DNA of 64,000 bases from assembly GCA_964016885.1 (NCBI GenBank), contig OZ024763.1:3844001-3908000 (forward strand). The letters are read 5' to 3'. The stretch's first letter is position 1, and each line of letters opens with the position of its first letter. This stretch comes from Eledone cirrhosa (taxonomy: Eukaryota). The position numbers and the translations under genes were made by a program. The notes beneath the pieces are model-generated. The model saw only the letters and a list, made by a program, of their open reading frames with translations. It did no database searches and was not told the DNA's origin. Positions 1 through 13,068 of this stretch are shown one piece after another.

Positions 1-51
1 TAGGTAACATGGAACCCATATGTAACCGGTCGACTTGCTCACAAGAACGAC

Positions 52-360
52 CAAATAAAACACATAAATGTGTGTGTGTGTTATGTATTTATATACTAGA
101 TATCCACGTCAACAGGAAGACTGTAGATGGCCAATTGAAAGTTCGAATCAACTATAAACCGATGAGGAGTTTTGAAAAACTTTAAATAAAACACATAAAT
201 GTGTGTGTGTGTGTTATATATATAACTATACTAGATATAGACGTCAACAGGAAGACTGTAGATGGCGAATTGTAAGTTCGAATCAACTATAAACGGATGA
301 GGAGTTTTGAAAAACTTTAAATAAAACACATAAATGTGTGTATGTGTGTTATGTATATAA
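52..360. repeat. ~135-bp VNTR, 2 copies
   Basis: TAGATAT..ACGTCAACAGGAAGACTGTAGATGG... starts at ~97 and ~232. Confidence 0.85.
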
Positions 361-413
361 GATATGGGAAGCCCCCTACGTTGTCGGTCGACTTGCTCTA
401 AATAGTAGCCAAA

Positions 414-1380
414 GACTGCTATTTCTAGCAGGTTTACTGCTGTCCTGTAGACGCACAAGAAAAACCGGAAGTGGCAGCCATTAAAAAACTTTAGCTTAAA
501 ATCAGGCAAAAGTTTTTAAACAATAGAAAATTTAATGTAAACAAACCGGGGTGCTTTTGCCAATAAAGATAACTCTTGTCTTACTTAATGGCAAAAATCG
601 AGACAAAAATTTTGTGTGTGTGTCTGTGTGTTATGTTTATAATTTTTAGACGCCATTTTGAAACCCGTACGTGGTCGGTCAACTTACTCGAAATAGTAGT
701 CAAAGAGAGGAGATTTTTTTCACCCGATACAAAAAGTAGGTTTATAAATATTAATTTTCACTATATTTTTAAGGCGGTCTCGTTGGCCGAGTGGTACGGT
801 GCGTTGAGTCTGCTTAGATACTGGTCGGGGTTTCGATCCCGGCCAACGTCTACACATAGGGGGTCTTATTAAACTTTTTCAGTTTTTATACTAAGAGATA
901 AAATAAAAACTGAAAAAGTTTAATAAGACCGCCTATGTGTAGACGTTGGCCGGAATCGAACCCCCAACCAGTATCTCAGCAGACTCAACGCACCGTACCA
1001 CTCGGCCAACGAGACCGCCTTAAAAATATAGTGAAAATTAATATTTATAAACCTACTTTTTGTATCGGGTGAAAAAGAAATCTCCTCTCTTTGACTACTA
1101 TTTCGAGTAAGTCGACCGACCACGTAGGGGCTTCAAAATGGCGTCTATATCTTGTAAACATAACACACAGACACACACACAAAATTTTTGTCTCGATTTT
1201 TGCCATTAAGTAAGACAAGAGTTATCTTTCTTGGCAAAAACACCCTGGTTTGTTTACATTAAATTTTCTATTGTTTAAAAACTTTTGCCTGATTTTAAGC
1301 CAAAGTTTTTTAATGGCTGCTTCTTCCGGTTTTTCTTGTGCGTCTACAGGACAGCAGTAAACCTGCTAGAAATAGCAGTC
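414..1380. repeat. Long palindrome, ~476-bp arms, 13-bp spacer (890-902)
   Basis: GACTGCTATTTCTAGCAGG... at 414 is the reverse complement of ...CCTGCTAGAAATAGCAGTC ending at 1380; mirrored ORFs appear in the track. Confidence 0.95.
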
Positions 1381-1825
1381 ATAGCAACTCACTCACATAT
1401 ATTTATTTATGAGGGATTCTCAACCGGGGGTTCACACCCCACGGGGAACAATTTGAATATAATAGGGGTCAATTTGAAAGTGATATTATACGACCTAACC
1501 TCCTGTTACACTTCGTCTACACATGCTATCGTGTAACTGGCAGCATCTACGAGAAGTTTGTTTACACTTTGCGGTTTGCTTTGATCATCGCTGAATCGCA
1601 GCTTTGTTTAAATAAAGGGTTTCTACTTTATATTACAGTAATAACACTTTTACAAGACTCGGATTGTTTTTATATTAAAGGGGGACATAAACATATTTTA
1701 AATGTTGAGGTGGGGCATGGTGCAGAGAAGGTTTTGAACCACTGATATATATATATTCTTTCTGTTGTTTTTTAAACTCTGAACTCAGCATTTTTCTATT
1801 GTTCGCCGGGATTCTAGCATGTATG

Positions 1826-1887
<62 letters not shown>

Positions 1888-3992
1888 GTCAACCTCACTT
1901 GGCACAGACTCGAAAAAGCCGCCGCTAATCGTAATCGTTGGGGTTATAATTAGACTAAAGTGCTTCCACTGGGCACCATTAGCTGGTTGTGATCATTGGA
2001 GAATTCTTTCTGTACTGAAAGAGCCTACGACTAAAAGATATATATATAGATGTCGAAACGGCACTAGCACAACCGTTGGGGTCCTGAATATTTTCACATA
2101 TATATATGTGTGTATTCTGCGACATTTATAATTACATAAGTAAACATATTTGAATGAAAATATTTGAGCTTTAAATACTTTATTTTTTACCAATAACATT
2201 AAGAAAGGCATGAACAACACCACATGTTAATTACTTTAATATTGAAAGTAGGCTTATAAATATTAAATTCAGCAGATTTTTGTAGCCTGCATGATGGTCT
2301 GGTGTGAGATACCAGAGATGGTGGGGGTCCTGGTTTGGGGCTCAATTCTGGTCATGGGTTACATATAGGGTTTCATGCTTTTTTTTTTTTTTTTTTTTTT
2401 TTTTTCCAGCTCTAGATATAAATATATATATAAGGTAATTTGGTAGAATTGTTAGAACATCAGATAGATTTCTTTGCAGTATTTTTTCCAGTTCCTTACC
2501 TTTCTACCATTCGGGGTCGATAAGTCTTGAATATGTCTAACGTAGCAATAACTGGAGCTACTTAACCAAGTTTTCCCAACCTAGTCGATATCACCTACTG
2601 GTTGGCGATTTAAACTGTTGGCTGGGACAATGACCAACTAGTCAGTAAGATTCGAACTCACTATGTTTGGCGATATATAGTCATAATTTGTTTCAAACTT
2701 CGATCGCGGTTTCAAAACAAGCTTGCTTTCATATATGTGTGCGTGTATGTTCTGCGGCATTTATATTTACAATCATATAAATAGGTATCTATTTATTTAA
2801 ATTTAAATTTAAATTAAAATACTTTATATTTGAATGAAGTTCTGTAAGTAACCTGGTGGCTTAGTTGGCAAGACTGCTCAAATATGTGGCTTCTATTATG
2901 AAGTTATAAGTTCATTCTCTACCCAGGATTGTAGAATTAATTTTATTTAGTTATTATTTAATCAATTATTTTAACAAACAAATTATATCTGTAAAACGCC
3001 AAATATAGTGAGTTCAAACCTGACTGATATGCATGGTATATGTTTATCTTTCATTATACAGCAACACAATACACAGGAACTTATAAAGTTATATATATAT
3101 TGTCCAGGAGTTTCGAGTTTAGTGGGAATTGGTATAACTCTCAATTGGAGCTAGTCTCTGCAAGATAACACCCGATAGTTTATACATGATTATTTAAAGG
3201 TGAACAAAAACCAAAGAACATTGAGCAGCGTTTTTCAACCTTTTTACCCATGTCGATCCCTTGAAATAGTTTTTTATGTCTTGGTTCCCAAATCGTGTGC
3301 TGCAAGATGAAACAAGATGAGCTGCAAAAGACTACGATTAAGTTTTAAGATGTGAAAAGTATAAAACTGAAATTTCATATAAAAGTTCAAATATCGTTAC
3401 AGCCACAAACCTAGGCTCCACACCCCGCAATGCAGAGGCGAGTAAGATAGTACCGAGGCCTGACTCACCTCTTCCACTCCATTGAGACTTCTGCCATACT
3501 TGGTCTCCATACTGCTGATTTCCTCCTTAAAGTCGGGAGGAAAGACGGCAGGAGCCTCGTGAGGAGGGGCGACTATTGTAGCAGGTGTCTCTGGCCTTGC
3601 TCCGAGGTAACGCTTTTACGTTTCTTCCACTGGTTGCGTCTGAGGGACCACTTAGACTGGGGTGAAGTGTCTGTCCCTCCCCCGACTTCTTACTTCTTTT
3701 TTTTTCTCCTTTTCATATTCTTCTCTCTTCTTGCTTATCTCTGCTATACCATGGCATCAAAAACATATATGGTATATGTATGTATGGTATAGGTGTATTT
3801 ATATTTAGGATAGTTATCGAAGGTAAATAGACTGGTTGGAAGAATAACAGTCTTGTTTATGTATATACATATATATATATATATATATGTTTGTGCTTGT
3901 ATTTCCGTAGAAAAGGTAAAGAAAAGAAGAGTGCTCTATGTATTGTACAGAGCTATTTAATTACATAATAAACAACAGAATATAATTATTCC

Positions 3993-5780
3993 ATGCAAAT
4001 AGACTTAGAATGGAAAACATTGAGACAGAGAAGAATGGATAATGAGCGTCGTAGGAGAAATTGCCCAGCAATTAATATTTATGGAAATGTAGAAGAATTT
4101 CATATTAGTGATATGAATGTTTCATGTGATCACTGTGGAGCTTTGAGATTTAGAAATGAAAATTGTAACTGTTGTAATAAAGGAAAGGTTGTGTTGCCTC
4201 CATTGCAAATATACCCTGAGAGACTGAGAAATCTCTTTGAAAGAGGCCAGGAAGCAGTTGATTTCACAGAAACATCTGCAATTAAAACTACATTTCTTTC
4301 ACTTCATTTGGTGTTAAACTTGCCTTACCACCTGGCAGAGGCCCGTATAGCTTTCATATTCAGGGTCAAACATATCACTACACCCCACCTCTGTAACCTG
4401 CAGAAAATACACTACAATATGGCCAGTTATATATTATTGATGGGAATGAAGCTGTGTAGCACAGATTGGAAGTAGCACCAAATAATTGTTTCTGGCACAA
4501 GGCCAGCAATTACCCCAGTGTATTACTGGTACTTTATTCTATCGACCTCATAAGGATGAAAACTAAGTCAACCTTGGAGGGATTTGAACCCAGAACGTAA
4601 AGGGCCATAACCCTATGCTGCAAAGCATGGTGTCTGACACTCTACCGATACTGCCAATCCACCGCCCTAGTACCAACAAATAATGACTGCTCACCACAAA
4701 AAATGACTATGATAAGAGAGGTGTTGCATGAATGTATTCCATATGTCGAAGTGTACAATACAATGCATGGCATCAAACAGCAAAGAGCAAGAAGAGAAAA
4801 TTGTTGTGTACGGAACTGTGAATTAAGATTTAGAAGAGGATCAGATATGAACTGCTATAATTTACCTAATGATAGGTGTTGTTTTGTGGGGATTGAGGGC
4901 ACACCACCTATACAAAGAGATATTATCATCTTTCCTAAAGACATCCTCCTCAGAAAATACCACATAATTCAAGCCACTTGGACCTCATGACCGACTCATA
5001 ATGGTGAATTTTGATGGCATAGTGACATGGAGAGGAATGCAGGACCTGTGTTTGCAATAGACTGACAATGCAGGAGTATTACATATACTGTATAGATTAT
5101 AGAGGAGGATTTAGTGCGATATATAGGGCAGGCAAGTTATTTTAGCAGTATTTAGTGGATGCCTATATGAAGTAGAGGGATGCAGGCTTCAATATTTGAG
5201 GAACAATCAAGCCCAATTGTGAGTGGATGAGTATAATGGTTTAATGAATTATCTAAACAGATGATAACACTGAGCCTTAAGAAATGAAGACAAGATAAGA
5301 AACAGAGAAGACATTGACAGAATTGTGTCAGCAGAAATACCTGCATTGGAAGATGATCCAGTACTACATGAGCAGGTTTAAAAGTTTATGATCCATGGGC
5401 CATGTGGTTCTGGAAACCCTTTTTCCCCATTTATACAAAATGGATTTTTCCAAAAGAACTATCCAAAAACCTACAGAAGGAAAACATTATTGAACCTAAA
5501 TGGATACCCAGAGTACATGAGGTGCAAGACAGGAACTGCAGTGTAAATTGGATGACATTCAGTAGATAACAGGAATGTTGTGTCATTTAATGCCTTTTTG
5601 CTTAAGAAATATTGTGCACATATTAATGTTCAAGTTTGCCCTTCTGTAAAAAGTGTCAAATACCTCTTTAAATATGTTACATAGGGCATGATTGTACATC
5701 TATAGAAGTAATGAATAATGCATTACCTAATGAGGCTCAGAACCAACACAACCATGATGAAATAAGAACCTACCTTTGAG
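3993..5780 (+). mobile_element. Decayed Helitron Rep fragment, interrupted by a SINE-like insert at ~4480-4670
   Basis: CDHCGALRF..CC.KGKVVLPPL N-terminal Cys motif, GRGPYSFHIQGQTYH, YLVDAY..EGCRLQYLRNNQ, EDIDRIVSAEIP..MIHGPCG, LKKYCAHINV.VCPSVKSVKYL, all across frameshifts and stops. Confidence 0.88.
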
Positions 5781-8700
5781 GAGTTTGGCCCCCTCAGCCC
5801 GACGTGCAGCAGAACCTGGGTCAGTCGTAGACTACACCAGGTTGTGGCTGCAGAAGGTGTCGGTGCAAGTGGCATCCCACACGAGGGGTTTGCTGTATAC
5901 TACCAGTAATATGTACAGTGTATATACACTATAATTAGTAAAAAATACACATTATTTTCCTGCAAAAATTTGATTGCAATGTTTTGTTTTCACTGATGTA
6001 TTTTTTGAAAATGTTATTTATTCATTATTAAAATTAAATAATAGCATTCTATATGTGGGTGGGTCCCCTTTATCTCCTGGCAACCAATATTTTTAGACCC
6101 AGTCTGCCACTATATATATATATATGACGTATAGGCACCAAGGAAAAAAAGCACCCAACACTCACTGTAAATGAGGTTGGTGTTTGAAGGGCATCCAGCT
6201 GTAGAATTCAAGCCAGAATCAGTTCCAGTATGAACAAGGCATGGTCAGCCGACCGGACAACAGGACAACCCATCTATCCCATGCTAGCGTGGAAGAACGG
6301 ACGTAAAATGGTGATGATGATTTATATATATTGAGCTTGTTTATCAAGAAACACAAAATTCTAACATATTTGATGTTTTGAATCATTACATTTGTATATA
6401 ACAGCTCCAAATCTCATGTTGGGATGGGGTGACTATAATTTCCACACCTATCTCTAGTGGAAAGAATGCAGGGAAAAGCAGACGTAAAATGATGATGATG
6501 ACACCATGTGGTCTTCAACATGGTGGTTACGTTAGCAGTCTCTATGGATATTGGCAAGTATATTGTATTTTGATTCTATATTTCTCTTAGAATTCTGAGA
6601 CTATAACCTCTGATGATAATTCTGAGTCTCCTGTGGTTTAATTATAATTGATAGTTTGTCTTCGATGATCGATTACATAGATTGATTTTCAACCACACTC
6701 TACAGAATATGAAATAGTGCTATAAGGTCTCTCTAATGACTCCACCGTAAGTACATATTCCTATCTGAAATATATACTTAGTATATATACAATATACTAT
6801 GTTTCCTCTAAGGTATATGGCTCTTTCTCTCTATATATACATATATATTTTTCATTTGATTTATTATGGCTCTGGATAATGATAATAATAATAATAAAAG
6901 ATCAATCTGATTAGTTTCAATTTTTATTAAAAACTCATCAGCTGTCAAGGAAAAAGTGTGTGTGTGTGTGTGGGGGGGGCAGAGAGGAATGGTGCTTCCT
7001 TAATCAGCTTTTCATGGGAATGAGGCTGGGGTATATAGCATTTACTCCTTCCCTATCAGACTCTCATGGACATTAGAGTAGTGAAGGGCATACTAACCCA
7101 TACTGGGGTCACCAAGGCTTTTAGATATTTTAGGAGCTGTCTGGCATTTCAATCATTCTCCCCCCACCAAAAAAAAAAAAAAATAATCATAATGTTCTAC
7201 ATGTGAATGGAGTTTCACTGGAGCAGAAAGAGAAGTTCAAGTACCTCGGGGCTGTGTTCATGAGTGATGGAAGGAAGGAGGCTGAATTTAGTACAAGTAT
7301 TGCACTTATTAGAATATGTGTATGTCTATTGTTGTTATACAGTTATACAAGATTTTTGTGATCCACAAAATCTACAAAATCAAGGCAGATCCAGAAAGAT
7401 TTACAAAAATTCCACAAAAATCCTACAAAAACCTCGCCAAATCCCACAACAATTCCACAAATCTGAGAAATCTGTCAACTTACTTGAAATCCCCATTATC
7501 ACCTTCTGGTTTTATGTCAGTTTCCTCACCTTTGAAAGCCTTGACTTTATATCTAAAACTCCAGAAAACAAAACAAGAGACACAAAGAAACAAGAAAATA
7601 TAATGAACAAGAGAAAACAAGATCTTCACCTCCTCTAATGATTTAGTCAGAAAATATCTATAAAGAGGTTTGTTAATTCGAATGTTTACAGCAGAGGTTC
7701 TCAAAATGGGCACTAAGTGGGGACATTGAGAAGGTCTGAGTGGACGCTGGGGCCTACAGTGGCGGTAGATATGATATAATAGTATATTAAATATCAAATG
7801 ATACATATTATATATAAATATAGTAAAATATAAAATATATAATATCTATTTATACATAGTATATATTATATTATATTATTATATATAAATTAACGATTTC
7901 ATTTATTATATATTATTTACAATTTGTGTGTAGGTAAGTCTCTGTAAATATGGTTGGGGACATGCTGAGTGTATTACATGACCGTGAGGGGGCGGGGTAG
8001 TGGCCCAAACAGTTTGACAACCTCTGGTTTACACTATCTTTACTAGTGGATAGATCATTGTGAATATTTGCAGTGATAGAATAAAGACTTTAATATTTAA
8101 TGTCATGCTATCATAATACTGTTTTCTACTTTTTAAGAATGTCTTGCTAATGGGTTTATGTGGTTTGTTAATTCAAATGTTTATAGCATCTTTACTAGGG
8201 TACAGATCATTGCGAACATTTGTAGTATAAAAGTAAAAACTTCAATATTTATTAATGTGATACAGTAATAATGTTGTTTTATATGTTTAAGCAATATTTT
8301 GCTAATGTGGTTTCATGTGGGACAGGACGTTAAGAGCCAATCTATCTCTATATTACTAAATGTCTGTGATTGCTTGCTGTGATTGCAGTAGGTGATAAGA
8401 AAGCGGAAGTAACAGTAGTAACAGTGGCAAAAAGAAAGGGAGGCGACAGTGGAAAATACAAAAATAGATAGAGTGAAGGAGAGAAAAAGAGACAAAATAA
8501 GTAGATAGATAAAAATGTAAAGTATTGTAGGAAGCTGATGATTCAGATGATGCTAAAGTTCCATTTTCTTGTTAGTTTACTCTCTCGGAGAATAAATGAT
8601 GTACGAATGTGACAAGTAGAGAGATGCTGTGCTTAAAAGTACCCATCTAACCCATGCAAGCGTGGAAAAACAGACACAAAAATGATGAGGACGATGATGA

Positions 8701-9139
8701 TATATGTATATGTATGTATATATATATATATGATACAATACATACATACATATATACCTATATACATATATAGATATACTCACCGCAAGGTGACACACTT
8801 GGCCACAAATGTGTAGGCTAGAAGGGTTCCTATAGACATCATATTCACCAGTTCAGTGAGATCAAACATGAGAGCTGTCAAACCTACATTGATGGTGTTT
8901 TGGGTGAGGTAGAACAAAGAGAGAAAGTTTGATATTAAGTTGGGTCACAAGGTTACAGAGAAGGGGGCTGTATTAAAGTTGGGGTCACAAGGTTACAGAG
9001 AAGGGGGGTGGCTGTATTAAAGTTGGGGTTGCAGGTTACAGAGAAGGGGGGGGACTGTATTAAAGTTGGGATCACAATGTTACAGAGAAGGGGGGGGGGG
9101 CTGTATTAAAGTTAGAATCAGAGAGTATGGGGCGATATA

Positions 9140-9505
9140 TCTATGCAGTGTAAATGTACGTGAAAGACCCAGCATAAATGTGTTGAGTGAGAAACTGTGT
9201 CTGAGAGGGATAGAATGTAGTGTATGGGAGAGGGCACTGAGGTGGTATGGACATGTGATGCGCTTGGAGGATGACTGATGGGTGAAGAAGTGCCAGGAAA
9301 TGCCAGTTGAAGGAAGACGTGGTAGAAGTAGACCATGAAAAACATTGTCGGAGGTGGTGAGAACAGACCTCAGATCATTGAAACTCACGGTGGAGATGAC
9401 GAAGGACCGTGACGAGTGGAGAGATGCTCTTCTGAATAAGACCCGTCCCACCCTTGCAGGCAGGGAAAAGCGGACATAAAATGATGATGATGATGATGAT
9501 GATGA
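9140..9505 (+). mobile_element. LINE (RTE-like) 3' fragment with (ATG)n tail (copy at ~25585-25945)
   Basis: RLRWYGHVMRM...EGRRGRSRP.KT...DRDEWR, the C-terminal pattern of non-LTR RT ORFs. Confidence 0.75.
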
Positions 9506-9519
9506 TATATATATCATCA

Positions 9520-9851
9520 TCATTTCATTTTACGTCCGCTTTTTCCCTGCTTGCAAGGGTGGGACGGGAACTGATTCTGGCTTGATTTCTACAGCTGGAT
9601 GCCCTTCCTAACACCAACCTCATTTACAGTGAGTGCTGGGTGCTTTTTTGCCGTGGCACCTCCACAACCACTTTGCAGTGGAATGATATGGACCCCAGTC
9701 CCTATCATCTCATTTCTACAGCTGAGTAAACTGGAGCAATGTGAAATAAAGTGTTTTGCTCAAGGAAACAACACATCACCCGGTCTGAGAATTGAACTCA
9801 CAACCTTTCGATTGCAAGGTCAATGCTCTAACCACTAAGCCATGTGCCTCC

Positions 9852-9855
<4 letters not shown>
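9520..9855 (-). mobile_element. Composite SINE, near-identical to 56845-57176
   Basis: ORFs 9599..9838 and 56923..57162 are almost identical; tRNA-like A/B boxes on the minus strand (TGGCTTAGTGG, GTTCAATTC). Confidence 0.8.
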
Positions 9856-9884
<29 letters not shown>

Positions 9885-10723
9885 AAGAGAGAGAGTATTA
9901 GTTTAACTTAGAGCCACAAGATCACAGAGAAAGGTTATAGTGGTGTAAAGAGGCAAGCAGACAGGCAGCCAACCACACAGACAGACAGACAGATAGCTAA
10001 TCAGATAGACTGATAGACAAACAGATGGACATCTAAGCAGACAAACAAATAGTCGGACAGACAGACAGATATGGCCCTAAAGGTACAAAAGAAATGGAAT
10101 GACCTGAAAACAATCCAGCTACCAATGTTGCTAAAACAGGGGTCTTGAATCTTTCGGACACACTTGAGAGTTGACCAAAGATGATTCGGTCCTCTGCCAT
10201 GGCATATACCACCCTGGGTAGGGGAAATATTGAACCAACCATGCTGAAATATAGTGGGGTGGATATATAGAGTAATACAACGGTTGACATACTATATATC
10301 CCTTGTATAATGTATTAAATGAATCGATATATAGTATATATATATATATATATATATAGAGATATATTTATTTTTTTATGTGGTTTACCCCTGGTGGTAG
10401 GGTCCGTACCGTAGATAGAAGTCAATGTAATCTGATGGCGAGTAATCCAGTGAAATCCATAGAAAGGTTCCGTGTTCCACTGAGTTAATTCCTTAGATAC
10501 AGAGTCAGATATTAGGTATTAATTTAACAATGAAAATAAGGAGATGGTCTGATCGAACCTATATATGAAGTCTGATAGTATACGGTAATATAACTGCTAT
10601 AGATCAGACAATATGTCAATATGATCAACCCTCTGAAATGATTGTAAAACAATGATAAATAGGTAAAATAACCTGACTTGATTTTGGCTTGGTTTCTCCG
10701 ACTGGACATCCTTCCTAACGCCA

Positions 10724-11075
10724 ACCACTTCACAGTATGTACTGGGTGTTTTTTACTGCTCACCTACACGACTACTTTACAGTGTGTACTGGGTGTTTTT
10801 TACTGCTCACCTACACGACTACTTTACAGTGTGTACTGGGTGTGTTTTGCTGCTCGCCTACACGACCACTTTACAGTGTGTACTGGGTGTGTTTCGCTGC
10901 TCGCCTACACGACCACTTTACAGTGTGTACTGGGTGTGTTTCGCTGCTCGCCTACACGACCACTTTATAGTATGTACTGGGTGTGTTTTGCTGCTCGCCT
11001 ACCCGACCACTTTACAGTGTGTACTGGGTGTGTTTTGTGCTCGTCTACACGACCACTTTACAGTGTAGACTGGAC
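10724..11075. repeat. 47-bp minisatellite derived from a SINE segment, ~7.5 copies (copy at ~26872-27215)
   Basis: CTTTACAGTGTGTACTGGGTGTGTTTTGCTGCTCGCCTACACGACCA units follow a CCTTCCTAACGCCAACCAC SINE motif. Confidence 0.9.
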
Positions 11076-11349
11076 GCTCACTTTTGTCATGACACCTATA
11101 TGACCATTACAGTGTGGGCTGGGCTCTTTTGGTGTGACTCCAGGGGGTGGGGGATCACTTTATAGAGGAGGTGGGAAACTTGGGAGGGGTAGAGAATATG
11201 CTTTGGGAAATTGGGGACGTAGGTACAAGAGAGGTTTATGAGAGGAGAGATGGTAGGGAATGGCGTTGCCAGCTAAGTATAGAGGGCGGGTCTTCTGTAA
11301 TACTTCACAACACCAGAGGTGACGGTCCTGTGAGGTGTAATTGTGAAAG

Positions 11350-11630
11350 GTCAACTCTTATTACCTCATCCCAAGTTTTCCTAGGCCTGCCTACTCCATG
11401 GCTACCACCAACTTTGAGTACTCTGCATCTTTTTATACAGTTGGCATCCTTTATACGCATCACATATCCTTACCAACACAATCTCCTTTCCTGCACACAA
11501 CATCTGATCCCTCTTATGTCTAATTTATCGCGTATTTCATTAATGTTTTGTCATTTGCGTATATTGCTATTACACATCCATCGAAGTATGGAGGCTTCAT
11601 TTCTTTCCAATCTTCGCAGGTCCTATTTTT
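11350..11630 (-). mobile_element. LINE 3' fragment (copy at ~27500-27780)
   Basis: Minus-strand frame resembles the RT C-terminus (..RRLCW.G.V.R...GSHGVGRPRKTWDEV). Confidence 0.55.
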
Positions 11631-12840
11631 TCGCAATATTAGGACAACATGACCCTCCCCAAATATAACATTAAGTTTAGATTATTCGTAACTTGTGTGT
11701 GTCTACGTTTAATTAAGACATTGCCTTGTTTACTGCTATCGTCACACATTAAAATATGGCTGTGATTGTCTTTGCTTTCGTCTGTTTGTTTCAAATCATT
11801 TAATACTGTTTGTTTTTCTTCAAATATTGTTTACTTTTTATAAACTAAATTTAGATTAACGGCGTTATTTGTTTTAAAGGTTTTTTTTTAAATATGAAAT
11901 CGTGTGTTGAAAGAGATATTGTTATATTCGGGGAAGGTCGTGTTGTCCTCATATTGCCCCAAAATATATCAATAAGTTTATATTATTCGTAATTCGTCCG
12001 TGTGTCTACGTTTGATTAAAACACCGCTTTATTTACTGGTGTTGACACTTTTGTTGTAAACAGGTTAAATTTGATATATTAACACATCAGACATTTTTCT
12101 TCAAAATTTGGTTTGTCTTATATTCCAAATATTACTGCTAGATGTCTCTGTAAAGGTTCCATTTAAATCAATTTCTAATTTCAATTGTATTACTGTTGAA
12201 GATGAAGTCATTTGTCCTTACAATCACCAGCTTGTCTCAAATTAATTCATTTTGTTGCTTCCTTCATTCCACGTTCTATATTAATTTAGGATTTTGTTCT
12301 AATGTAATAACATTTTTATTTTCAAAGACTTACATTCTGTGTGATTCTTTCTCGTGTGTATTGTTATCTGTTGTATAAAAAATGTATGTGAAGGGGAAAA
12401 AAATAACACGACTTTCTTTAACCGCTGCACAAAGCTAACTGACGGTGTTTAGTAAGACTGGTAAGTACTCGACAGTGGTAAACATCATTTATATACCGTG
12501 TAAATCGGAGAGATGAACCAAACCTGGATATATTACTCTTTTTTCCCCCCAACATTTTCCGAGGCCCTTTCCTTCATGATTCAGCAGTGAGACAGAGTGA
12601 CAGGGTTTCAAGCGCTACCAACAATTGCAATAGGCTATATTTAACAAGAAACTGTTATGTCGTGGTTATTGCTATAATGTGTAGTGTGTGTTTCCATCTT
12701 TAGCTGGGATTGTAGAATTACTTTTATTTAATTATTTAATTGTTAACAGAGATATGATGTATATAGCGTTGTTGTACGTTTAAATCATACAGACACACAC
12801 TTACTCACGTATGTGTACAAACACACACACACACACACAC

Positions 12841-12925
<85 letters not shown>

Positions 12926-13068
12926 GATTGTGGGATGACAGAATTGGGGAGAAATATTTGCTGAGCACATCACTGTAGCATCAATTCTACAACACACACG
13001 TATATATTTAGGGGCACGGCAGATCAGATTGTTGTGAAATCAACCCTTAAAAGATGACAAATTGAATC

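Larger units (their letters stand above)
7308..10679 (-). pseudogene. Duplicated CAT gene fragment with exon copies 10104-10243, 8784-8883, 7484-7552
   Basis: Homologous to 46730-50060; splice sites intact; 3-nt in-frame deletion in the middle exon; A>S and E>D substitutions. Confidence 0.9.

Noticed and set aside
774-852. Functional tRNA genes in the palindrome arms
   Set aside because: A/B boxes are present, but I cannot form a canonical acceptor stem, anticodon arm and T stem; treated as tRNA-derived sequence.
576-1536. Mirrored small ORFs (MSYLMAK..., MPDFK...) recurring on both strands
   Set aside because: They recur because of the palindrome and the segmental duplication; mostly non-ATG starts, microsatellite content, no known motifs.
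3993-4475. Intact 160-186-aa protein gene
   Set aside because: Only the first part matches the Helitron N-terminus; homology continues in other frames through frameshifts and stops, so it is a decayed element.
6900-6950. Hammerhead-like CTGATGA...GAAAC on the minus strand (also in units B and C)
   Set aside because: Stems I and II do not pair convincingly.
10678-11103. Cys/Thr-rich repetitive ORFs (also 52086..52537)
   Set aside because: Translations of minisatellites open in several frames; not coding.
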